DNA of 63,282 nt, counting the filler, from Octopus bimaculoides (taxonomy: Eukaryota), in NCBI RefSeq assembly GCF_001194135.2. It is 7 parts of 7 records of this genome, joined end to end, with 100 filler letters (N's around TTAATTAATTAA, not from the genome) between each part and the next. Parts side by side here need not be neighbours in the genome. Positions count along the whole stretch, not along the records: positions 47,518 to 59,432 come from NC_068981.1; positions 59,533 to 63,282 come from NC_068983.1; 5 more parts are not named here. One strand, given 5' to 3'. Made by a program: the position numbers and the translations under genes. Under the pieces are notes generated by a model. It saw only the letters and a program-made list of their open reading frames with translations, was not told where the DNA came from and did not search any database. This document shows, piece after piece, positions 52,400-63,282 of this stretch (its first letter is position 1; the number at the start of each line of letters is the position of its first letter).

Positions 52400-53590
52400 T
52401 TTCTTTTATTCATTATTGTTTCTTTTAGCAGAGTTACTTAGTTTTGGAGAAAATTTTTCATAAAGCATCTCTTCATTTCCAAATGACTTATTGGATCATC
52501 TCTTAGGCCCTGTTTAAAAACAGGAAAATTTTGAATTTTTTGTTTTCTCAGATTTGTTAATATTAGCTTAGAGGGATTTTTGTTAGTTTTGGATGATATA
52601 TTTGTTGTTTATGTATCCTCACTCTTTTACATAGGGAATTTCCAATCTGACCAAAGTAATATTTCTTACAACTGAGGCAGGTTAAGCAATATATAAGGTA
52701 TATAAGGTTTCTAGTTTTGTAGTTCATGAAGGACTTTGGGTTTGATTGATTTGTGATTTAAGTTAGTTTATGGAGATTTTCTGATTTCCTGCTCTTATCA
52801 GATTCTTCAAAAAATTGTGATTTTTCATCATCTGGGGAGCTTCCTTTTCTTTTTATCAAAGATTTTGTTTGTATTTATGGATGTTAACAGGAACTTTGAT
52901 ATCATATTGATATATATAAATCCAAATGTTTATCTTTTCTATGTAGGGTGAAATTAAATTTATTCCTCACAATGAAATTGCCATCTTCATTCTTGTTGAA
53001 AATTTTCTCAGACAGAGAATATAACTTTTATTTCAGTTATATTTGAGATTTATGTAAGGACAAATTAGAATCCCTTTCATAAAAGATTGACTTCATTTTT
53101 ATTTAATTTTCTTTTCAATAAAGATATGATTTCCAGGTTAATATTTTCTATGTTTCTTTACTTTCTGATTGATGCTAGTTCTCTCTAAAAAGGGTTGACA
53201 GTGTTATGACCTCTTCTGTAGTTAGGATTTCTGTTATCTATTTATAGATTTCTGAGTTTGTATATGTGCTGTGTCTTATTTTGGTTGCCTCTTTTTCATC
53301 TCTGTTTCGTCTCACTTTATTTGGTATTGTTGGTTGCTGATTGTTTTCCATATCTTGTTAGTTCATCTGTTGGTTTGCTTTGTTTTGAGTTTATAACATA
53401 TTTCCAGTTAGAATTTCAGGTGTTCTTGAGACTATTTCCATATACATTATAGGTTATTTGGTAGATAGATTTTTACCTAGTTCTTTTGTAATATATTCTC
53501 AATCTTTCCTTTGATTTTCCATATTTTCTGCTGTGGCTTAGCTTTCATTATTCATTATGGAGTCTTCTCCAGAGTTTCTTCAATAATCCT
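52400..53590 (-). mobile_element. Possible very degenerate LINE ORF2 remnant
   Basis: A-rich minus strand with a KAP(G)PD-like motif (~52830) and a Y.P.ILLN-like motif (~52700). Many stops. Confidence 0.3.
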
Positions 53591-53859
53591 CAAACTATCA
53601 TTGTTTTACCACAATTTTGTAGTATTATCTTTTTTGTGTTTGTGAGAAAATATTCCACTTTATTTAGATGGGCTGACCACATTATGCAACTGAAGGATAA
53701 CAAATGGACATTCAGGGTGACAGAATGGACACTAAGACAGTGGATAAGATCAAGAAGCCAACCAAAGACAAGATGGTGAGATGATCTCACCCACCACCTC
53801 ACGTCTACATGACCACAACTGATCAGAGACAGACAGTGGTTGAAGGAGTCCAGGAGTGT

Positions 53860-54705
53860 GTGTGTGTGTGTTTGTCCCCCACCACCATCGCTTGACAACT
53901 GATGTTGTTGTGCTTACGTCCCCATAATTTAGCAGTTCGGCAAAAGAGACTGATAGAATAAGTACTTGGCTTACAAAGAATAAATCCTAGGGTCAATTTG
54001 TTCGACTAAAGGTGATGCTCCAGCATGGCTGCAGCCAAATGACTGAAACAAATAAAAAAGTAAAAGAGAGTCAGTTAATGAATTTGAATGATTTGATTCA
54101 ACCATATTCTCTTGCAATCTAAACCTACCTCATACAATGAGCTTCCACCCTGATACCTCCTTATTACTGTTTTCCCTCTGTTTCTAGCTCCACACTGGTT
54201 ACTACCATTTTCTCTTTTATATTGTAAGTAGCCATTTAGCTCTACTATAAGAAACCTGTTCTGTTAAGTCTTGCCAGTCCAAAATATCAATATCCAGGAT
54301 TTCATCACTCCTGAACAAGGACCCCCCCCCCCACACACACATGATGGGCTTCTTTCAGTTTCTATCTACCAGATCCACTCACCAGGCTTTGGTCAGCCTG
54401 AGGCTATAGTAGAAGACACTTGCACAAGTGTGCCATGCAGTGGGACTGAACTCGGAACCATGTGGTTGGTAAGCAAGCTACTTGCTACACAGCCACTCCT
54501 GCACCTACTGACTAATTCAGCATAAATTTTAAGGTCTAGAGTAAATCATAAGCACAGGCATGGCTGTGAATTTTAAGAAGCCTGCTTTGCAACCATGTGG
54601 TCTGAGGTTCAATCCTAGAGTGTGGCACTTTAGACAAGTGTCTTCTACTATAGTCCTGGGCTGACCTATGCATTGTGACTGAATTTGGTAGATGGAAATT
54701 GTGTT
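53860..54705. mobile_element. Cluster of second-family SINE pieces in both orientations
   Basis: Tail 53860-54060 (+), head 54340-54505 (-), head 54550-54705 (+). Confidence 0.75.
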
Positions 54706-54789
54706 CAAGCTCATTGCATGTATGTATGTATGCATGCATGCATGCATGCATGTATGTATGTATATATGTATGTATGTATGTATGTATGT

Positions 54790-55160
54790 TATCAATCAGT
54801 TTCATTTCTGTATTTCTTGTCCATAGAGAAAGAGCCGGACTCTAACATAGATTCAAAGCTCCTTCATTGGAACTTTTATCAACATCATCTAGGTATTTGT
54901 GCATATGTGTGTGCAGTATTTGGTGTTAGTGTATGCGCAGATTTGTATGTTTGTTTCATGGATGCGTTTTTATGTCTAGATGCATGCATATGTATTTATG
55001 TGCTAAATTTTTGGAAAGTTTTACATATCTTTACATATCTTTACATATCTTTACAGTTCCATTGATGGCTTGAATCTGTAGTCTTCTAATCAGCCTTTTT
55101 CTTTCAGGTTTTGAGAACCCTAATTTTTCCAGGTTTTTGTTGAGGCTGTATGTATGTATG
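54790..55160 (-). mobile_element. 3' end of the same REL-LINE family as 18985-19740
   Basis: Reverse complement resembles 19380-19730 (gccatcaatggaactgtaaa ... ttccaatgaaggagctttgaatctatgttagagtccggctc). Confidence 0.65.
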
Positions 55161-55434
55161 TTACCTTCTTTGTAAGAAAGTAAGCAAAATATATGAACAT
55201 TAATAATTCTGAGGTGAATGCCTTGGTGCAGAACTAGTTAAGCTGTTAAAAGAATTATGAATAAAATTTGGCCAATAGAAATTATAGCCAAGCCCCATAC
55301 ATATACATCTGTGTGTGTGAATGTTTGTGCAAACTGGTGTAAAACACCACATCAAGTTGTGTCCTTTTATGTGAAAGGGTAAACTTGGCCAGATGATAAA
55401 TAGACCTTGAATAAAATAGGTACTGAGTTTGGTA

Positions 55435-55715
55435 TCATCATCGTCATCGTTTAACGTTCGCTTTCCAAGCTAGCATGGACGATTTGACTGAGGACTGGTG
55501 AAACCAGATGGTTACACCAGGCTCCAATCTGATTTGGCAGAGTTTCTACGACTGGATGCCCTTCCTAACGCCAACCACTCAGAGAGTGTAGTAGGTGCTT
55601 TTACGTGTCACCCGCACGAAGGCCAGTCAGGTGGTACTGGCAACGGCCACGCTCAAGATGGTGTATTTTATGTGCCACCTGCACAAGAGCCAGTCCAGGG
55701 GCACTGGCAAATTAA
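55435..55715 (-). mobile_element. RTE-related 3' tail / short retroposon
   Basis: Reverse complement of the 47518-47703 family. Confidence 0.8.
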
Positions 55716-57103
55716 CTAAAACCTTTGAATGCAGTGCCCCAGCATGGCCATAATCAAATGAGTAAAATCATTACAAGAGTGTTAGTATTAGTGGATTTTT
55801 CCTTGTTCAGCAATGAGGATTCAAATGTTTGATCAAATGAATCACCAACTTCTGAAATAAAGTGTTAGTGGTTGAACATTCTGCAAACACGTCGTGTACC
55901 CTTAATGTAATTGTCATGCAGAATCAACATGACAGTGTGCTAAGGCTGTACTTTTGGAATTACAGGTGCAATCCATCTAGGCTTCAGTACAGTTTCCATC
56001 TATCCAATTTCATTCATAGAAGATGATCCAACCTAACAATCTAGAAAAATGTCATATGCCAAAAATGGTAAGCAGCAGGATCGAACTCGGGACTGCGTGG
56101 TTGCTAAGTAAACCTCTTCAACATTCTGTTATGCTACTCTTTCGTGTATTCGAATAGGGTAATTAATAAGAGGGAGGTAAATATAAAGGGAAACAATCCA
56201 AGTTTACAATGTGATACAAAAAAATGAATCGTGTGATTTAAATATAAACATTTTTCGAGACCTTATTAACACAGTTGTCTCCCATGAATTTTTCGCGCTT
56301 TTGAATAGCCAGTCATTTGCTTCATGCACCATTATATTTTCAGTACTTAAGGTGGCGAGCTGGCAGAATCGTTGATCCACCAGTAGTTTCACTCCGCATG
56401 AAAATAGATTTGACTAATTTTATTATTACCTTAAAAAATACTAATTCTCCTGTCTAAAAAAAGTTTCTTTCTTAATCCTAACATTCTGAAAAAAGTCTGT
56501 CTCTAACTATTATAACTGTATCAAGTAATTTAACCATAACATTACTCTCTAAAAGGTTTTTTTCTTAATCCTAACATTTTGATAAAAAATCTTTCTCTAA
56601 ATATTATAACTGTATCAAGTAATTTAACCATAACACATGCTTTATAACTTTGGGAACAGAAATATGTATTGAACTCACTCTCTCATAACTCTACCATAAA
56701 AATGTTGGAAACTTATTTTTTCAGATATTAATAAAATTTGTTGGACCTATTTTCATGCTATCGGCCATCAGAGCTATGGAAACTTAGCGCACTCCAACTG
56801 CATGAAAATAGATTCGACTAATTTTATTATTACCTTAAAAAATACTAAATTTCAAACATCATTATGGTCAAATGCGTTTAGAACAATTCCAAACCATAAA
56901 AATCGCACTTTAAAATAGTGTTTAGCGACAGTGGTGTAATTTTCCTTCAAACTATGAACAGGAGTTTAGATACATACCAGCTACTACAAATAATTGTTTG
57001 TACGAAAAGTAAGGCCCTACGTATGTCAAACTGTTTTTAAAATAAGTGGCGGCAGAAGAATTAGCATTGAACTTTTTAAAAGGTAAGTTTATTCGTCTCT
57101 AGC

Positions 57104-57208
57104 CAGCATTATGTTAGTTGTTCAAGGGTAGGGAATGGAAACAAGCTTTTAGTACTGACCCCGAATGGGAAGACAAAAAATGTTGTTTACCATGCAGCTT
57201 TGCAATAA
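57104..57208 (+). mobile_element. Helitron helicase C-terminal fragment
   Basis: QHYVSCSRVGNGNKLLVLTPNGKTKNVVYHAALQ-stop resembles the Helitron helicase end GQLYVACSRV...KTKNxVY. Confidence 0.75.
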
Positions 57209-57339
57209 GTTCCAAGTCGACAAATGATACTGTTTTGATGAAAATTGTTCATTGCTTGAAAAATATTGTTGAAGTTTAATAAAATTTAATATGTGCTCAA
57301 TGCATGAAGTGTCATTGCTGGGTCCAAGGCCTAATGAAG

Positions 57340-57535
57340 AGCCCTCCACTACACTCTCAGCCTGGTTGGTAGGCTCCAACAGCCACAGCCAACCAGTTAG
57401 GAAGGGCATGCAGCTGTAGAAACCTTGCCAGATCAGACTGGAGACTGGTGCAGCCTCCTAGCTTGCTAGTCCTCAGTCAAATTGTTCAACCCATGCCAGC
57501 ATGGAAAACGGACGTTAAATGATGATGATGATGTA
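57340..57535 (+). mobile_element. RTE-related 3' tail / short retroposon
   Basis: Same family as 47518-47703, more diverged. Confidence 0.75.
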
Positions 57536-57539
57536 TGCC

Positions 57540-57750
57540 TGTGTGTATCTGTGTTTGTCCCCCACCACTGCTTGACAACTGGTGTTGATTTATTTATATC
57601 CACATAATGTAGCAGTTCATCAAAAGGGCCTGATAGAATAAGTACTGATTTTTAAAAAATAATTAGTACTGGGGTGCAATTTGTTTGACTAAAACCATTA
57701 AGGCGGAACCCCAAGATGGCTGCAGTCCAATGACTGAAACAAGTAAAAGA
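57540..57750 (+). mobile_element. Second-family SINE tail
   Basis: gtttgtcccccaccactgcttgacaact...gatagaataagtact...gcagtccaatgactgaaacaagtaaaag. Confidence 0.75.
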
Positions 57751-59377
57751 AAAAGAAAACTTAAAACATCATTGAAGTTATTCAGAATACTTCAGTTATA
57801 TTTTGAAATATAGATTTTCATTTTATTTTTATGATTAAATTAAATGTTTTTTCACAGTAAAAGCCTATGTTCTAAGAGCACATAATAGAAAACAAAAACC
57901 TGGTAAATTACCTTGAAGATAAAATTTACCTTCAGTTCATTTACATTGTTTTCAGAAACATATTTTACCATGACACTGAACTAGAAGCTGTTTTTCTCCT
58001 TTTCATCAAATAAAAATATTGGATTAACAAAAACAAACCACATTATCCCAACAGTACATTTATGTAAGATCATTTGATTCTGACTAGAGTAATGATATCA
58101 AAACAAGAGGTTATAATTAATTAAATTTAATGATATAATTTCTTTACAAAAAAAAAAAAAAGTTTACCACAAATGGAGAGGGAAGGAGAGAGAGATAGAG
58201 AGAGGTGGGGTGTTAATGGAGTGAACAAATTAAAGACAAACAAGTATTAAGTTATTGTAAAAAAACATCAAGAAGTAAAATATATATATATATATANNNN
58301 NNNNNNNNNNNNNNNNNNNNNNNNNNNNNNNNNNNNNNNNNNNNNNNNNNNNNNNNNNNNNNNNNNNNNNNNNNNNNNNNNNNNNNNNNNNNNNNNNNNN
58401 NNNNNNNNNNNNNNNNNNNNNNNNNNNNNNNNNNNNNNNNNNNNNNNNNNNNNNNNNNNNNNNNNNNNNNNNNNNNNNNNNNNNNNNNNNNNNNNNNNNN
58501 NNNNNNNNNNNNNNNNNNNNNNNNNNNNNNNNNNNNNNNNNNNNNNNNNNNNNNNNNNNNNNNNNNNTATATATATATACTTAGAATGTTATATAATATT
58601 ACAAGTAATAATTAATCTGACATAAAAAAATTCATCATATCAATTTACAAATGGCATATTCTTGCAAAATAAATATAATATATAAAACACACAGGTCATG
58701 TTGTTTAGAATGGAAGGTGTAAAAACTGTCATTCGGCATGAGACGTTTGTGATAGAGAAGATAGTAAAAAAACAGTTTTGATTCCAACAGAATGTGATGA
58801 GTGACAATAGTTGGATTGTTGTCATGAAAGGAACATGTTTGAATTAAAACAATTCAGTGATACATGAAAGACAATATTTGTGTTGTATTTGAGTCAATTT
58901 AATTGACCTAATAGTCAATGACTGCTATGACAGTTTAGAATGGTGGGTAATTTATTTGACTAGAAGGAAAACGAGAAAGAGAGAGGGAGTGGGTGGAGAA
59001 AGAAAGAAAAATGTCCACTTTAAGTAGCAGGCTAAAGCCTTGTTGTTTGACAAATATAATGGTTTATTTAAATAAAAAATATATTTCAAATTGAAATTCT
59101 TGAAATATCATTGATGAAACAGTAAATGTTCTTTTCCTGTCATTCAAAATTTAAAATGATCCCAAATGAAGAAGAATTAGGGCAGTGAGAAAAATGTGCA
59201 AATTTAGTATGACACGGACAATCTAGGTTTCTCACAAAAATAAATATGTGACCTTATCAGAGATATAGCAACAGTATTAATAGCAGTAGCAATGAAGGTG
59301 GTGAAAATGGCAGTGGTATAAGACAGAGCTCTACAAGTAACTGAGTTTACTTTATATATATGTGTGTATGTATAAGT

Positions 59378-59432
<55 letters not shown>

Positions 59433-59578
59433 NNNNNNNNNNNNNNNNNNNNNNNNNNNNNNNNNNNNNNNNNNNNTTAATTAATTAANNNNNNNNNNNN
59501 NNNNNNNNNNNNNNNNNNNNNNNNNNNNNNNNATATATATAGATAGATAGATAGAGAGAGAGATAGATAGATAGATAG

Positions 59579-59636
<58 letters not shown>

Positions 59637-60057
59637 ATGAATAATAATAGATGAGTGTTATCTCTCTATATATATCTGTTTACATATTTGTTGACTGATT
59701 TCATTTGTTTACTTGTACCACTTAAGCACATGTTTATTATCATTTAATAAATAAATATAATGGAATGTTTACTGACTGAAGCTCGTCGATTTTATATCTT
59801 CTCCATTCTCTTATTTGCTTTATAAATCCTGGGTAAATTTCCAGTTTATCCCCACCCACACCTAGTATTCAATTACAATATTGCCATACAATAGTAAGCA
59901 TCTGGCTAAAAATATGTAGGTACACATCCAGTAGTATATTGGATATTTAATATCCCNNNNNNNNNNNNNNNNNNNNNNNNNNNNNNNNNNNNNNNNNNNN
60001 NNNNNNNNNNNNNNNNNNNNNNNNNNNNNNNNNNNNNNNNNNNNNNNNNNNNNNNNA

Positions 60058-60088
<31 letters not shown>

Positions 60089-61025
60089 GTATATATATGT
60101 GTATATTTATGTATGTATATGTGTATATGTGTATATGTATTTATGTATGTTTTCACACATTTATATGTATGTGTTGTCCAACCCACTATCCGGTAGCATC
60201 CAATTTTCTAACGGTTTTTCTCAAGTGAATCACGTCATAACCTTATCCATCTATTGTTTTCATACTCGGTCATAATGTCTTACGTTTAAGATGATTCCCA
60301 TGCATTCCCTGAAGAGAAGGTTACAATTTTAATATCACAGATCCCTATGGATCACACAGGTTGTAATCCTTTGAAACATATGTAGGAATAAAGTATGCAA
60401 TTATAACATGCGTTTTCTCCATTCCTTAAATCTATATATATNNNNNNNNNNNNNNNNNNNNNNNNNNNNNNNNNNNNNNNNNNNNNNNNNNNNNNNNNNN
60501 NNNNNNNNNNNNNNNNNNNNNNNNNNNNNNNNNNNNNNNNNNNNNNNNNNNNNNNNNNNNNNNNNNNNNNNNNNNNNNNNNNNNNNNNNNNNNNNNNNNN
60601 NNNNNNNNNNNNNNNNNNNNNNNNNNNNNNNNNNNNNNNNNNNNNNNNNNNNNNNNNNNNNNNNNNNNNNNNNNNNNNNNNNNNNNNNNNNNNNNNNNNN
60701 NNNNNNNNNNNNNNNNNNNNNNNNNNNNNNNNNNNNNNNNNNNNNNNNNNNNNNNNNNNNNNNNNNNNNNNNNNNNNNNNNNNNNNNNNNNNNNNNNNNN
60801 NNNNNNNNNNNNNNNNNNNNNNNNNNNNNNNNNNNNNNNNNNNNNNNNNNNNNNNNNNNNNNNNNNNNNNNNNNNNNNNNNNNNNNNNNNNNNNNNNNNN
60901 NNNNNNNNNNNNNNNNNNNNNNNNNNNNNNNNNNNNNNNNNNNNNNNNNNNNNNNNNNNNNNNNNNNNNNNNNNNNNNNNNNNNNNNNNNNNNNNNNNNN
61001 NNNNNNNNNNNNNNNNNNNNNNNNN

Positions 61026-61064
<39 letters not shown>

Positions 61065-61069
61065 TCATC

Positions 61070-62053
61070 CTCATCATCGTTTAACGTCTGCTTTCCATGC
61101 TAGCATGGGTTGGACGATTTGACTGAGGTCTGGCGAGCCAGATAGCTGCACCACAGCTCAAATCTGATCTGGCAGAGTTTCTACACTTGGCTTACCGGGT
61201 CTTCTCAAGCACAGCATATTTCCAAAGGTCTTGGTCACTAGTCATTGCCTCGGTGAAGCCCAATGTTCGAAGGTCGCGCTTTACCACCTTATCCCAGGTC
61301 TTCCTGGGTCTACCTCTTCCACAGGTTCTCTCGGCCACCAGGGTGTGGCATTTTTCACCCAGCTATCCTCATTTATTCTCATCACATGACCATACCAGCG
61401 CAGTCATCTCTCTTGCACACCACATCTGATTCTTCTTAGGTCCAACTTTTCTCTCAAGGCACTTACACTCTGTCGAGTATGCACACTGACATTACACATC
61501 CAGTAGAGCATACTGGCTTTACTCCTTGCAAGCTTACGCATGTCCTCAGCAGTCATGGCCCATGTTTCATTGCCATGTAGTATGGCTGTTCGTACACTAG
61601 CTTCATACAGTCTACCTTTTACTCTGAGCGAGAGGCCCTTTGTCATCAGCAGAGGTTGAAGCTCTCTGAACTTTGCCCAGGCTATTCTTATTCTTGCAGC
61701 TACACTTTCAGAGCACCCACCCGCACTACTGACTTGGTCACCAAGGTAATGGAAGTTATCAACTACTTCTAGTTCTTCTCCCTGGAATGTGGCAGAAGTT
61801 GTTTTCTGCACATTTTCAGTGTTTATTGCTCCTGAAAATCTGCCACATACAAAAACAATCTTGCTAGTTAACCTTCCTTTGATATTGCTGCACGTCTTAT
61901 GTGTCTATAGCTTACACTGGGTACATCTTATAGAGTTTCTACCTACGCCTTTTCTACAGATCGAGCAGAGTATGTACCTGAAGGGATTTGTGGTTTGTCT
62001 ACCTTCCTACTTATTAGGACTTTGGTTTTAGCTAGGTTGAATCTAAGGCCCTT
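61070..62053 (-). mobile_element. RTE-clade LINE, 3' ~1 kb
   Basis: KGLRFNLAKTKVLI... and ORF 61404-61811 (LEVVDNFHYLGD..SSAGGCSES..ARIRIAWAKFREL..LL..KGLSLRVKGRLY..ETW). Ends in a (GAT)n tail. Confidence 0.9.
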
Positions 62054-62297
62054 CTTATATAAACACGCGCACGCATTGCTATTTTATAACTCCTCCGTTC
62101 TCCCTTCCTCTTTTTCTCTCTCTTCATTGCTCCCGTTCTCTATTCCTTTCTCCCCCCCACCGCTCTCGCTCTTCCTCTCTCGCTCTTCTCTCTCACTCTC
62201 TCAAACGCATACACGCGCACGTACACACAATCATTCACTACAATATAACTCATGTTCATCAATGTTTTGTAAATATACCACGATTTTCACTAGTGTG

Positions 62298-62468
62298 TTA
62301 GGGCTAGGGTTTTAGGGTCAGAGTTAGGGTTTTAGGGTTAGGGTTTAGGGTCTAGGGTTACGGTTAGTGTTAGGATTAGGGTTAGTGTTACGGTTATGGT
62401 TTTAGGGTCAGGGTTAGGGTTTAGGGTAAGGGTTAGTGTTAGGGTTAAGTTTAGGGTTAGGGTTGGGT
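62298..62468 (+). repeat. Interstitial degenerate telomere-like (TTAGGG)n array
   Basis: ~170 bp of TTAGGG with variants (TTTTAGGG, TCAGGG, TTACGG, TTAGTG). Confidence 0.9.
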
Positions 62469-62897
62469 AATCATGCGGGTGTTAAGCTGAAAAATTACAG
62501 AAACGTGAAAACTACCGACCCTGTCATCTATTATAACTTTTGTTGTTCTGTTTAATATATACATAGATTATGCCTCCAAAGAAGAGAGAGAGCTTGCTGG
62601 GGAAAGAATGCAACCAGTTTAAAAAACAGCAACAGACCGCAGCAATTCACCACATTCCAGAAGCTACTTTGAACATAATGCAAAATGGTACATCAACATC
62701 TATATATAATTACATCGAGTATAACTAGCCAAAATTGAAAGATAATCTGGAACTCGACTGAGGAAAGAAAACTCCGTATGACATGTCCTTGTTTTCTTTG
62801 TAATGTCTATCTGGATGTTTTGTTGTCCCTTTCTTGTATCACCTAACTGTCTCAATGTTTTGCGTTCTAGTTCCATTTTGTATTTTATATATATATA

Positions 62898-63282
62898 CTA
62901 GCAGAGATACCCGGCGTTGCCCGTGTTACATGCAATTGAAGGATGAGACTTTTCTCTTATATTTCCTGTAAGGAACTGGAATAGATATGATTCGAATTTC
63001 ATCAAAATTGCACATGAGGGTTCTTTCCCTCTTTACACACCCTAAGAAATTCTAATCATGAGACATGTATCCCATACTATTAATCTTTATGCACATATTC
63101 CAAAATTTCAGTCTTCTGGAACCTGTAAAAAGGACTTTGCTCCTGAAAAATGGAGCTCATGGAGCTCTAAAATGTGGGAATGAAGGCCCCTATTGGGGGT
63201 GGGTGTGTTAATGTCAACCAGAGAAGTTGAATTGTGGGGAATGTTTTTAACTTTGGTCTTATAGTATACCTGTATATATGTG
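62898..63282 (-). mobile_element. Helitron 3' terminus (element runs off the window)
   Basis: Plus-strand A|CTAGCAGAGATACCCGGCGTTGCCCG is the same terminus family as at 50686 (hairpin plus CTAG). Confidence 0.7.

Noticed and set aside
56390-56860. Direct repeats (~60-70 bp) as a regulatory array
   Set aside because: Probably internal repeats of the Helitron-derived element whose helicase tail lies at 57104.
60170-60210. GCYRIVG resembling astacin GCxSxVG
   Set aside because: Poor acceptor, runs into a microsatellite, and lacks the downstream Q-x-x-S-L...GC motif.
62750-62790. CTGAGGA...GAAA hammerhead core
   Set aside because: No stem II between the core halves.

Overview
AT-rich, gap-ridden, repeat-dense animal genomic DNA. 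The repeat landscape is consistent with an octopod cephalopod (inference; no database search was possible). The one well-supported gene is a spliced, minus-strand astacin-family (M12A) zinc metalloprotease at ~12.4-21.1 kb. Its visible architecture is astacin catalytic domain (HEIGHAVGFQHE, SVMHYG), EGF-like domain, poly-Gly linker and two ShKT domains. Six exons with canonical GT-AG junctions join in frame; the 5' exons were not found. Most of the rest is transposon debris: mariner, Helitron, R4/Dong-like and other REL-type LINEs, RTE, Penelope-like elements, tRNA-derived SINEs and microsatellites. Candidate oddities: (1) three astacin active-site-region codons that differ from consensus by A where G is expected (possible A-to-I recoding or CpG decay); (2) a 98-nt near-perfect hairpin; (3) a minimal hammerhead-ribozyme-like fold with a core variant; (4) a mariner-derived foldback element; (5) a shredded LRR/Toll-like pseudogene; (6) a stack of LINE 3' ends in TAA microsatellites; (7) interstitial telomere-like repeats. 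Six TTAATTAATTAA linkers inside N-gaps are assembly artefacts, so adjacency across them is uncertain. Most long ORFs in the supplied track are N-run or microsatellite artefacts.
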